Both the position numbers and the translations under genes were made by a program. A stretch of 64,000 nucleotides of DNA from Spirochaetia bacterium (GTDB lineage Bacteria > Spirochaetota > Spirochaetia > CADAEX01): positions 1 to 64,000 of the forward strand of contig CAXXHA010000028.1 in NCBI GenBank assembly GCA_963662265.2, written 5' to 3'. Positions within the stretch are counted from its first letter, which is position 1; each line of letters opens with the position of its first letter. A model generated the notes under the pieces. That model ran no database searches. It had not been told where the DNA came from and saw only the letters and a program-made list of their open reading frames with translations. This document shows positions 29,851 to 39,351 of this stretch, one piece after another.

Positions 29851-30031
29851 CACCCCCCCCTTTTGTCACCAGTTCCAGTGGGTACTGTTTTTCAAAAATA
29901 TCCGATTATTACCCCGCCCAAAAGCGGGTGTATTGTCAAACGAGCAGGATAAATGGTCGTGTTTTACGAATACATTACCGGACGAGTGAAGACAGGAAGG
30001 CCAGCCTTATTAGAGCAGACCTGCGAATAAA
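29851..30031 (+). repeat. Dispersed intergenic repeat, copy C
   Basis: TTTGTCACCAGTTCC (29862), ACCCCGC..GCGGG hairpin, GTATTGTCAAAC (29930), GAGTGAAGAC (29984), GACCTGCGAATAAA (30018). Confidence 0.85.
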
Positions 30032-30170
30032 CTCCGGGATACAGAATTAAAATAAAGAAACAGGAAGAATTAAAAAGAATTTTGGAAAGAATAAGTATAT
30101 AAATCCGGACGGAATATTTCAGACAAGATAATTTAAAACTTATAAGCATACAACCAGAAATGATTTATGT

Positions 30171-30282
30171 GCACCTCTGAAAACTCGCTTCTGCGAGTTT
30201 TTTCCTTAGATGCGTGCCCGCATGTCACCTGCCTCCGAAGGGGGGAATCTATAAGAAAAAAACTATGTTTTTAGATATTCCC
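30171..30282. repeat. Degenerate terminal-inverted-repeat element (REP/MITE-like)
   Basis: GCACCTCTGAAAAC ... GTTTTTAGATATTCCC imperfect terminal inverted repeats, with internal hairpin AAAACTCGC-ttct-GCGAGTTTT. Confidence 0.5.
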
Positions 30283-30363
30283 TTATATCAATCTGCAGCA
30301 TCCTATTAAGACATACAGTAAACTGCTGAATATACATGATGCTGCAGGTAAATATGATGAAAG

Positions 30364-30858
30364 CTATTTAAACACTCGCAGATAATAGCCGTCCAGCACG
30401 GGAACTGCGGTATTTCCCATAGTAATTACATTATTCAGCCTGGCTACAATAATAAGCCCCGAGTTGAGGGGAATCAGATCTCCGGCATTTCTCTTACTTC
30501 TTCTTGCAGGGAATTTTTTTACATATTCCTTTCCTTTGACAATTACAACACTCCTGAAAATATGGACATCGCTGACCCCTTCCCATTCTCCGTTCACAAG
30601 CAGCAATTCAACAGTATAGTTATCGGGATCCTTGTTAATAACAGTATATGAAGAAAGAGCACCGTCAAGTATAAGGTATTTGCCTTTTACCGATGAAATA
30701 TCTCCATCGGCAGCCATTTCAGTAAGTTTTTTCAGAGTAATGCTGAAGTCAGAAATTCTGTCAAAATCCGGCGCAGGGGATGCAAAAACTGCTCCTGAAA
30801 CGGTAAATATCAATACAAGAAAAGAAATAACAAAAACTCTTCTCACGGGAACCCCCAT
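30364..30858 (-). CDS. Hypothetical exported protein
   Basis: 164-aa ORF with a signal peptide (..AVFA-S); no family recognised. Confidence 0.7.
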   Translation of the reverse strand: MGVPVRRVFVISFLVLIFTVSGAVFASPAPDFDRISDFSITLKKLTEMAADGDISSVKGKYLILDGALSSYTVINKDPDNYTVELLLVNGEWEGVSDVHIFRSVVIVKGKEYVKKFPARRSKRNAGDLIPLNSGLIIVARLNNVITMGNTAVPVLDGYYLRVFK

Positions 30859-30951
30859 TTATATATCTTAATTAAAAAATAGTATAACATATTTAATAAA
30901 ATAATAAAAACAACCGATATGAATTTTATATAATTGAATAATTTATATTAT

Positions 30952-30980
30952 TTGACAAATGATATAGAAAACTTTATTAT
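30952..30980 (+). promoter_or_regulatory. Sigma70 promoter of the STAS gene
   Basis: TTGACA-17 nt-TATTAT, 47 nt upstream of ATG 31028. Confidence 0.7.
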
Positions 30981-31027
30981 AGATTTATTGTTTTCTGTAA
31001 AAACATAATACATTAAAAGGTATATAT

Positions 31028-31579
31028 ATGACAAATAATGAAATAGTACCTGGATTTGATGACGAAAAAGATGACAGCCTCAAAATAAAGCTTCAGAAAG
31101 TCGAATCAGATACAAACTGTCTGGTTCTCTATCTCACAGGTTATATAGATACTTATAACTCTAATTCGTTCCAGAAGCGTATATCACGAGCTGTTGATTC
31201 AGGATTTATCAAACTGATTTTCAACTGTAACGGACTGAACTATGTTTCCAGTACTGGTATTGGATCATTTACAGCCTTTTTAAAGACTGTAAAGCCGAAA
31301 GGTGGAGATCTGGTACTGCTTGAAATACAGCCGAAAGTTTATGAAGTATTTCAGTTGCTTGGTTTTTCTCAGTTTTTCAATATAAAGGATTCTCTTGAAG
31401 AAGCTGTTGAATTTTTTAATAAAGGCAATCCTCAGAAATCTTCTGATGTATTTCCTAAAATTTTCAAATGTCCTATATGTTCAAAAAAACTGAAAGCTGT
31501 AAAAGCAGGCCGGTTCAGATGTTCAGAATGCAAGACAATACTTGCAATAGACAATAACGGTCAGGTTTTTCTGGGATAA
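31028..31579 (+). CDS. STAS anti-sigma-factor antagonist with C-terminal zinc ribbon
   Basis: GYIDTYNS, LNYVSSTGIG, EVFQLLGF; CPIC...CSEC at the C-terminus. Confidence 0.9.
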   Translation: MTNNEIVPGFDDEKDDSLKIKLQKVESDTNCLVLYLTGYIDTYNSNSFQKRISRAVDSGFIKLIFNCNGLNYVSSTGIGSFTAFLKTVKPKGGDLVLLEIQPKVYEVFQLLGFSQFFNIKDSLEEAVEFFNKGNPQKSSDVFPKIFKCPICSKKLKAVKAGRFRCSECKTILAIDNNGQVFLG

Positions 31580-31812
31580 AGCAATCAGCTTTATCCTTTT
31601 TTTTGTTTCCGTATATATACAAGCCTTAACAAACAGAATCTTTTTTCCGGAATTTCAATAAAACCTGTTAATATATTTCCTGTTCCCGGTATTTTAAACT
31701 TCCATAAAAATATTAAACATACACATTCAATTGCCTTTTTTAAATTCAAACCTTTATAAAAAGCAGCATGCATTTTTCCTCTGTTTCTGATATTTCTGGC
31801 AAAAATTAAAAG

Positions 31813-32233
31813 TTATACAGATTTATTCACAGCTGTGTTAATAACTTGTGGATAATTTTCTTAATAATTTCAAGGACCAGTAATAACACTATAATTAAAC
31901 AATTCAGCAATAATAACAGTTTTAGAGATTAATACAGTAAATCATTATACTGTAAGTATTTACCATGTTAAAGCAAAATTCAAATGATAATATTTACTAA
32001 ATATCCCTGAATTTAACCTGTTGATAACTCCTGATTTTTTACACAATCGGGGGGGACAGCCTGTGGATAACTTGTGTACTTATACACAATTATCAACAAT
32101 CAGCTGCTAAGAAACTGTTTTATTGAATAATTATTGACGAAAAAAGCCTGTCCAGCTTTAAGGGTTCACCCGTAACAGGACAGGCTTTTAAACAGATAGA
32201 GTATATACAGTAATGGTTATTCCATTATCCACG
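31813..32233. promoter_or_regulatory. DnaA-box cluster (oriC-like or DnaA-titration locus)
   Basis: Exact TTWTNCACA matches at 31823, 31847(-), 32037, 32062(-) and 32080. One-mismatch boxes at 31813, 31836(-), 32019(-), 32090 and 32225. AT-rich spacer 31856-32018. Confidence 0.8.
32142..32189. terminator. Inverted repeat, possible bidirectional terminator
   Basis: AAAAGCCTGTCC ... GGACAGGCTTTT 12-bp perfect arms between convergent genes. Confidence 0.55.
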
Positions 32234-32376
32234 ATCAAATATTCTGATTCCAGATTTATAAAACATCACAAATTAACTCGATTCAGGAATAAGTCATTTG
32301 ATTTTCACCGGAAAAACAGGAATTCAGGTTCCGAATAATTTTCACTTCAGCAGCATCCGCTGAAAAGCCGCTGATG

Positions 32377-34356
32377 CTACTGTTTATTCTCAACAGACGG
32401 CAGAACAATAGAAAATTCACACATCCTGTCTTTTGATGAATTAATCCTGATTTTTCCCTTGTGTTTCTCAAGCCGTTCCTTAATCATACTGAGCCGATGC
32501 CTCTTCCTGCAGTCTGCGTAGCCTCACTAAGGGTTGAAAATCCCGGAGTAAATATATGTCTTGCAATATCGACAGGTTTCATCTGAGAAGGGACTGTTCC
32601 GTTATTCTGCTGGGCAAGTTTTTCCTGAATTTTCCTGATATCAAGACCCCTGCCGTCATCTCTGAACCTGTATTCAATGCTGTTATTCCTGATATCAGAT
32701 GAAAATTGTTATTACCCCATGTTCCTGTTTGTTTTTACTGAGCCTTTCCTCTGGAGTTTCAATACCATGAACAATTGAGTTTCTTGTCATCTGAATAAAT
32801 ACATCCTTAACAACTTTTTTATAATCATCAGGTATTTCAGCGCTGTTGAAATTCGAGAAATGGAGCTGAACTTTTTTGTTATGTTTTTTTGACTCCACCT
32901 GCAGAACCCTTTCAATTGATTTTTCAATAATACCCTTGTTTATCGATGATTCGGATTCAACAAAATCTGTCTTGAATTCGATGATTTTATTGATTAATGA
33001 CTTGATATCATTAATTTCAACCTGAATATTTCTCAGCGTTATTGCAAGATCAAGAATATCATCCCAGATTATCTCATCTCTCTCCAGAACCGCGGAAATA
33101 TCCTCCTCAACAGAATGAAGACTTGCAGAAAACTTTTTAATTCCAAGAATTACAGCATTACTCTTCATTGAATGAATTGACTGGTAAACACGGACAAGAA
33201 GGTCCCTGTAGTTGCTGTCTTTCTTTTTAAGGAGAGTATTTATTATTTCCATCTCCTCTTCACTGTCTTTCAGAAAATCTACCATCATTTTCGGATCTAC
33301 ATGTATTATATGAAAAAGGTTTTCCATACTTTTGGCGTTGCTTCTGGCTTCCTCTTCCAGCTGTTTGGAAAGAGCATGTTCATCTGTAATATCTTTTACA
33401 GAGCCCAGGATATATACAGATCCGTCATCCTCATAAATATGGCTGAATTTAAATGCTAGAAAATACTCACTGAAACTCTGATCATCAGAATCAAGACTTA
33501 CAGAAATACCTTCCAAAGGATTTATCTCTGACAACAGTTCAGGATTAATCCCTTTCTTGAAAAACATTTCAAGATAATCTTTGGTTGCCAGAAGATCTTT
33601 CTCAGGGATCCTGTTTTCAAGCAGATCAATGAAATTCATTTTTTCAAGATGATGATGGGGAAACAGAAATCTGAAATAATCTGAATACTGAGATTCAATA
33701 TCCAGACTGCTGTTCAGAAGAAAAATACCCTCATCTACATTGTGCATTATGCTGTCTGTCTGTTTTTTCTCCCTGACAAGCTCCTGTGATGTTGACTGCA
33801 GTGATTTCTGTGTTGACCTCTGGATAATTTCAAAAGTAAGACAGAATATATAAATAAAGAAGAAAATACCAAGTGTCCTGAGAATAAAGTCAAAAGAATA
33901 GGGAGTATATCCGCCAAAAGTTGTCAGATATGCAGCAGATGCATAAATAAAGAGTACTGCTGCAAAAGCAGATCCCGCAAAAGCACCCCCGAGAAAAATA
34001 CATATAATCGGGTATGATACAAACCAGAGAATACCTGCTCCGTTTATATCTACATTGTAAATAAGGTATACATTCAATATAAACATCAGAATAATTACAA
34101 AATAACTGATCATTGTAATTTTTCTGGTTTTTCGGAGAACAAAAAAAGCAAGAATTATTGATATAATAATCCCACCCAGAGCAATTGCAAGACCATATTC
34201 AGTAAGAAAATAATCCCGCACGGCAAAAACAGCCAGAAGAAAACTTCCGATAATCATAATCAGGTTAAGAAAGATCAGCCGGCTTCTCTCAGCAACCGGG
34301 AGTTCAGTATAAGTACCTGATGTGATAATATTTGAAAAAAAACTTTTACTTGACAT
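32377..34356 (-). pseudogene. Membrane-anchored CheA-like kinase (TM sensor-PAS-like-Hpt-HATPase, no CheW domain) interrupted by two compensating frameshifts
   Basis: ORF 32695-34356 has 5-6 TMs, the Hpt motif IHSMKSNA and the N-box RNSIVHGIETPEER. A shifted frame continues with DDGRG, IFTPGFST and GRGIG. The original frame resumes LSMIKERLEKHKGKIRI...LP to TAG at 32377. Confidence 0.8.
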
Positions 34357-34368
34357 TTTATCTCCAGA

Positions 34369-34854
34369 TTATTGTACTATTTCGTTGGTAATAATATTTT
34401 CAAGACCAACAGCAAGTGTAAAATCACCTTCTTCAATAGAAAAAGGAATACCAATTATCGGAACATCTTTCCCGGGCCAGGCAACATTATGGGCATTACC
34501 CTTTACAATGGAAGGGAGCGAAATCATGAGCCGGTAGGATTCAAAACCTTTTTTTGCATTGCCGGCAATAATATTAACAACTTCACCAATTGTATCGACA
34601 ACATCATCATTTATTTCAGCAACTGTGTTGTTTATCAGCCTGGAAGTCAGGCTGCATGCCATATCATCGCTGAAACTTATAACAACTACTCCCCTTGTCT
34701 GCCCTGCGATACCGATTACACCGGAAATATCCCAGTCAAGAGTTTCTGTCCTCTTTATCAGATAGGGATTGAGAAGTTTCGGTTTTTCATTAAAAAAATC
34801 CACAAAAACAGCCTCTGTAGCTTCAACAAAAGGCATAATATACTTTTTATCCAT
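34369..34854 (-). CDS. cheX: Chemotaxis phosphatase CheX
   Basis: ISGVIGIAG, DTIGEVVNIIAGNAK (ExxN motif), ISLPSIVKG. Confidence 0.93.
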   Translation of the reverse strand: MDKKYIMPFVEATEAVFVDFFNEKPKLLNPYLIKRTETLDWDISGVIGIAGQTRGVVVISFSDDMACSLTSRLINNTVAEINDDVVDTIGEVVNIIAGNAKKGFESYRLMISLPSIVKGNAHNVAWPGKDVPIIGIPFSIEEGDFTLAVGLENIITNEIVQ

Positions 34855-35237
34855 TATTTTACCTCTGTATACAATAACCGCTCAATCTTCTGCAGCAGCT
34901 TTTTTTCCGGCACCGGTTTGACAATATAATCACTGACTCCTGCCTTGAGAGCTTCAATAACATTATATTTTGCCGCTTCTGATGTAATCATTATGATTGG
35001 AAGAGATTCAAAAGCCTCAATCCGGCGAAGTTTTTTTACAAGATCGAGGCCATTTAATCTGGGCATATTCCAGTCAAGCAGGAGAATATCAATGTTGTTA
35101 TCTGTAATCTCCCTGAAAGCTGTTACACCGTCCTGTGCTTCAAAAAATTTTATTTTCCCGTATTTTCTGCTGTTATCAAGAGTATTCTTGATAATATTTC
35201 TCATGATTCTTGAGTCATCTACAACAAGTATATTCAT
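34854..35237 (-). CDS. cheY: Single-domain response regulator, CheY-like
   Basis: ILVVDDS, LDWNMP, MITSE, AGVSDYIVKP. Confidence 0.9.
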   Translation of the reverse strand: MNILVVDDSRIMRNIIKNTLDNSRKYGKIKFFEAQDGVTAFREITDNNIDILLLDWNMPRLNGLDLVKKLRRIEAFESLPIIMITSEAAKYNVIEALKAGVSDYIVKPVPEKKLLQKIERLLYTEVK

Positions 35238-35263
35238 ATAATTTCTCCGTTTCCTTATACAGA

Positions 35264-36142
35264 CTAGTCTGTATATGACCGGCCGATTCTGAAACCTATA
35301 AGAGCATTGTTATTATCTGCACCCTGAAATGAACGGCTGTATACTGTTATATATTTTGAACTGAGACTCCAGTTTCCTCCTCTGATTGACCTGAATGAAC
35401 TTTTTTCTGCACCTTTCGGATTTATTGTGGGTGATTTTCTGTAATAGACCGGAGAAAAACGATCCCAACACCATTCACTCACATTTCCGCTCATATCATA
35501 AATCCCAAGCTCATTACCCTTTTTTTGACCAACAGGATGACTGAGTCTCTTTGAAGTACTCTTATACCAGCTTATATCTTTGGGATCACTTCCGCCGGAA
35601 TAAATATTCCCTTCGGAAAAACTCCCCCCTTTCGCAGCATATTCCCACTCCGCCTCTGTAAGAAGTCGGTATCCGGCAGCATTGAAATTACAGACAACTA
35701 CCCATTTTTTCTTGTCATGAGAATCAGTATTATTTTTATCTTTTTCCCTCTTGTAGATTGTATAGCATGGTTCCAGATTATCCAGTTCACTCAGTTTATT
35801 ACAGAATTCTACAGCCTGATACCATGAAAGGTTATCAACAGGCCGCTTATCCCCTCTTACCTTTGAAGGATTTTTTTTCTCTGCATAATTCCACAATTTC
35901 TGGGTAACCTCAGTTGTCATAATCCAGAAGCTTCCTATTTCGACAGGATGTACAGGCTGCTCAATGCTGTAGCCCTCTTCTGAGCCGATATCAGAAACAC
36001 CCCCTTCGACTAGAACAAATTCCGCCAGCCCGCCAAGCCGGTTTTCCTTTTTTAAAAATTCATCATAGACATTTTGAGATGTTAAAACACTGACAGGAAT
36101 TATAAAAAACAACAGCAGTAAAATTTTCCTGAAAATCAACAC
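35264..36142 (-). CDS. Exported formylglycine-generating-enzyme (FGE/SUMF1)-fold protein
   Basis: TEVTQ, RPV, YRLLTEAEWEYAAKGG, NELGIYDMSGNVSEWC, RGG.W, GFR; signal peptide. Confidence 0.92.
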   Translation of the reverse strand: MLIFRKILLLLFFIIPVSVLTSQNVYDEFLKKENRLGGLAEFVLVEGGVSDIGSEEGYSIEQPVHPVEIGSFWIMTTEVTQKLWNYAEKKNPSKVRGDKRPVDNLSWYQAVEFCNKLSELDNLEPCYTIYKREKDKNNTDSHDKKKWVVVCNFNAAGYRLLTEAEWEYAAKGGSFSEGNIYSGGSDPKDISWYKSTSKRLSHPVGQKKGNELGIYDMSGNVSEWCWDRFSPVYYRKSPTINPKGAEKSSFRSIRGGNWSLSSKYITVYSRSFQGADNNNALIGFRIGRSYTD

Positions 36143-36606
36143 AACTCTCCTTAAATATTTGTTTTATGTTAAAACTGTATGAAAAATCCATTAGTATAAT
36201 ACCATATCATTTGACCATCGAATAAGAAAAAACTGTATATACTGAAAGAAAATAAAAAAAGGCTGTTATAAGCATGATTTTTTATTTTATCATGTCTTAC
36301 CGGTATCAAGATTCTGCATCATCTGCAGATTCAAGAAAAATATTTAATTGCATGTGCTTTAATGACATGATAGAATTTTCATATTGGGAAACTCTGTTTC
36401 ATTACAGGGGAAACAGGTTATCTTTACCCAGAAGGCATTATATATACGGGAGAAACTGAGATCCTTTCAGGCAGTATGGATATATAATCCCTTCAGGCCA
36501 TAGAAACCCTGCAGACCAGGTAGTTGAACAGTTGCTGAAGAAATAAAACATTTGTTTTGCTTTTGAAAATTACAACAGGCTACGTGTAAAATATCGGAGA
36601 AAAAAA

Positions 36607-37479
36607 ATAAAAGTTTTAAAAGAAATAATTAAAATTTTAATAATAGTCTTTATCTCATCTCTCTCGTTTTATGCATTCTCATATTACCCGGGAAGAGATG
36701 ATTTTCTGGATTTTTATACAGCCGATTTTGCAGAAATAATACTGACCAGTGCAGTTTTATATATTTTCATAATCTTCAGCAGAAGCAGAAAAGGAATTCT
36801 TCTTAAATCAGTCATGATATTTGCAGTTTCTCTGCCAGTAATATTCCTGTCCTTTCATCTGACATCAGGTATGGAAACAGTGGAAAACAAAATATCTCCG
36901 TATGAAAAAACTTTTTACGAAAATCCTGAATATTCACTGTATATCGTAAAAAGCTCTGAAAATATTATTTACCAGGGGCTTCTTATATCCAAACACGGCA
37001 ATAATGATTCATTCATGGAAATCAAAAACATGGATATCAGAATATCAGGAAAAAACAGTTTTTCCTGTTCAGTAGATAAAAATGAGCTGTTATTCAGGAT
37101 GAAAAAGGAATACCCTGTAACAATCAGGAATTTTTCAGGACTTATAGAGCGTTTTTCAGATGAATGGAAAAACGAAGCGCTGGAAAACAGCATAGTTCTC
37201 ATCATAAAAATAGGAATATTTTTACTCTTCATACTCAGTCTTACAGCCTTTTTCAGCATCAGCCAGTTTCCGGTTGTCAACTTTGTTTTTTATTCTGCTG
37301 TTTCAATTGCAGCGGTTTATTTTACAGTAATATACCAGAGGATAAACATTCCGGGAGGAATACTGAGTAAACTGCCCTCAAAAGCAGAACTTTACTGGGG
37401 ATATTTTCTACTGCTGTTCCTTTCTGCTGTTTTTTTGATGAAAAAATCAGTCTCAGCTGTCAGGAATCGGAAAAAATAA
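36607..37479 (+). CDS. Hypothetical integral membrane protein (start probably upstream of the track's 36814)
   Basis: The frame is open from 36547. A GGAG at 36596 precedes ATA-AAA-GTT at 36607, giving further hydrophobic N-terminal segments. Confidence 0.6.
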   Translation: MKVLKEIIKILIIVFISSLSFYAFSYYPGRDDFLDFYTADFAEIILTSAVLYIFIIFSRSRKGILLKSVMIFAVSLPVIFLSFHLTSGMETVENKISPYEKTFYENPEYSLYIVKSSENIIYQGLLISKHGNNDSFMEIKNMDIRISGKNSFSCSVDKNELLFRMKKEYPVTIRNFSGLIERFSDEWKNEALENSIVLIIKIGIFLLFILSLTAFFSISQFPVVNFVFYSAVSIAAVYFTVIYQRINIPGGILSKLPSKAELYWGYFLLLFLSAVFLMKKSVSAVRNRKK

Positions 37480-37480
37480 A

Positions 37481-39142
37481 ATGAAGAAAAACAATACACG
37501 TATAATAAAATACCTCATATTGGGAAATTTACTGGTACTACTGTTAATTGCAGCAGGAGTATACTTTTTTTCTGACAAATCAAAAGTTATTGATTCTCTC
37601 CTTCTTCCCTATAATATTATAAGTATTTTTATAATTTATACCTCTGTATTTCTTCCGGTTTCTGCCGGTGCAGTATTCTTTGTATACACATTGACGGAGG
37701 AGAAAAGTTTTGTTCCTGGATCAGTTAATTATTTCATAACATCGCTGAATTTGATCATATTGCCCCTGTTTGCGGTATATTCTTTTTTGATACTTTACAT
37801 GAATCCGGTTCTTATTGAGAAAAAAATATGGCTCGAAAACCTGTCAGAAACTGCAGAATTTTATCACAAGGAAATATACAGAAACATTGATAAGGATCCG
37901 GAGAAAGCCTATATATTTACAAATCTCTATCTTTACATAGATCCGGACAACAACGAAATAAACAATATAAACGAAAACCTGTACATAGGACTGCTGAGCA
38001 AAAACGGAATAAGCCATGAAAAAGGGGAACATGAAACTAAATTTGTTCCGCAGCTGCTTACCGGCAACAAACTGATTGAAATATCTGAAGATTTCCTCGC
38101 CAGGAAGGACTACAGTTCCGCCATCTATTACTCTGAACTTGCCGGGAATTTCCGTTATTCAAAGAAAAAGTCTGAAAGAATTGTTCAGGAAGCACAAACA
38201 TTGCTAAAAAGATATGTTGAATCAGATCCGGACAGGGAAATACTGTTTAACGGGAAAATCAGGATTGATAAGCTCTATAATGATAAAAAATATATTGATT
38301 CATACTATGAAACAGTCGACCTGATACAGCTTTTTCCGGAAGATACAGAACTGGCGACACACAAAGCAGCACTTCTTGAGAAAATGAAGGATATCTGCTT
38401 TTTTTATGAAGAAATAAAAGACTTTATCTTTATTCCCGGCAAGGAGAATATAATATTCAGGGAAACAATAAACAGCAGGGAAGCTGTTCTGTTGTGCAGA
38501 AAAATTGTATTTGCAGATAAGGAGACCTACCTCTTTAATATCAGCTGCTATTTTCCAGATAAGGGGGACAGCTGGACTGCTCCGTTCGGGAAAATCATCG
38601 GAAACAGCATAAACATGAACTGCATAGGCAGAACAGAGCGCCGTTATTTCCTTCCTGAACAATCTCGGCCGGGGGAAGAATTTGTTTCTGTAAAAACAGG
38701 CTATACAGGAGAGGATCTGATTAATTTTTCCGGAGAGATGAACAGTATAAGTAAAATTTCACTTCTGGATCTGATTACAAAAACAAAAACACTTGAAAGA
38801 GGAAAATACGGGAAAATAATGCTGATAACAGAAGGGGCAGAGAGGCTGATAAGATGCATTATCTTCCCCATGATACTGTTCATATCTGTATACACAGGTC
38901 TTTCATTCATGAAGAGAGGGCATGGGAAAAATTATCTGACATTACTGCTTTTTCCCCTTGTTCTGCTGTCTGCGGCTGCAGCCGAGTTTCTGATTTACAA
39001 TTTAAATGCAGAAATATTTCAGAACCTGATAAAGGAAACCGGAATTCTGAAAACACTGCTGATTTTCCCGCTCCTTATATCATTTGAATTCATAACAGCT
39101 CTCTACCTCACAATCAAAAAAAGCTCGGCAAGTCCAGACTAA
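37481..39142 (+). CDS. Hypothetical membrane protein with large soluble, possibly TPR-like, central domain
   Basis: 553 aa with 3 N-terminal and 3 C-terminal TM segments; starts 1 nt after the upstream stop. Confidence 0.75.
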   Translation: MKKNNTRIIKYLILGNLLVLLLIAAGVYFFSDKSKVIDSLLLPYNIISIFIIYTSVFLPVSAGAVFFVYTLTEEKSFVPGSVNYFITSLNLIILPLFAVYSFLILYMNPVLIEKKIWLENLSETAEFYHKEIYRNIDKDPEKAYIFTNLYLYIDPDNNEINNINENLYIGLLSKNGISHEKGEHETKFVPQLLTGNKLIEISEDFLARKDYSSAIYYSELAGNFRYSKKKSERIVQEAQTLLKRYVESDPDREILFNGKIRIDKLYNDKKYIDSYYETVDLIQLFPEDTELATHKAALLEKMKDICFFYEEIKDFIFIPGKENIIFRETINSREAVLLCRKIVFADKETYLFNISCYFPDKGDSWTAPFGKIIGNSINMNCIGRTERRYFLPEQSRPGEEFVSVKTGYTGEDLINFSGEMNSISKISLLDLITKTKTLERGKYGKIMLITEGAERLIRCIIFPMILFISVYTGLSFMKRGHGKNYLTLLLFPLVLLSAAAAEFLIYNLNAEIFQNLIKETGILKTLLIFPLLISFEFITALYLTIKKSSASPD

Positions 39143-39189
39143 GCATAAAAGAGTTTATTCTCATCTGGAAATATAGATAAAGAAAAAAA

Positions 39190-39222
39190 TTCCCCCTCAT
39201 GTTCTCAAAACATAAGGGGGAA
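39190..39222. terminator. Probable bidirectional terminator
   Basis: TTCCCCCTCATG...CATAAGGGGGAA between convergent genes, preceded by an A-run. Confidence 0.6.
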
Positions 39223-39351
39223 CATAATCTCCGCAGCCGGGAATTTGACTCGGCCTGAAAATTTAATCAGCTGTAATTATTTAAAGGTAAATAAAACTGA
39301 TAAACAAACATATAAAAATCTGAAATAAGATAAAATCTATATGAAAAAGAC

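Noticed and set aside
11466-30031. Repeats as a possible CRISPR array
   Set aside because: Copies are kilobases apart, not regularly interspaced, and no cas genes are present.
29761-30363. Possible THF or other riboswitch upstream of thyA-folA
   Set aside because: No recognisable aptamer consensus. The conserved sequence here is the dispersed repeat, which also occurs between convergent genes.
30893-30920. Possible sigma28 promoter (ACCGATAT)
   Set aside because: The -35 match and spacing are poor, and a good sigma70 promoter lies just downstream.
31875-31898. Eight consecutive NAN triplets as possible DnaA-trios
   Set aside because: Plausible by chance in A-rich DNA, and not positioned beside a GC-rich patch and box in the canonical orientation.
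32283-32471. 62-aa minus-strand ORF downstream of the CheA-like gene
   Set aside because: Wrong frame; the real kinase C-terminus is in the frame ending at TAG 32377.
39226-39252. CTCCGCAGCCGGGAATTTGAC, a possible REP-like remnant
   Set aside because: Too short and degenerate to assign to the repeat family by eye.
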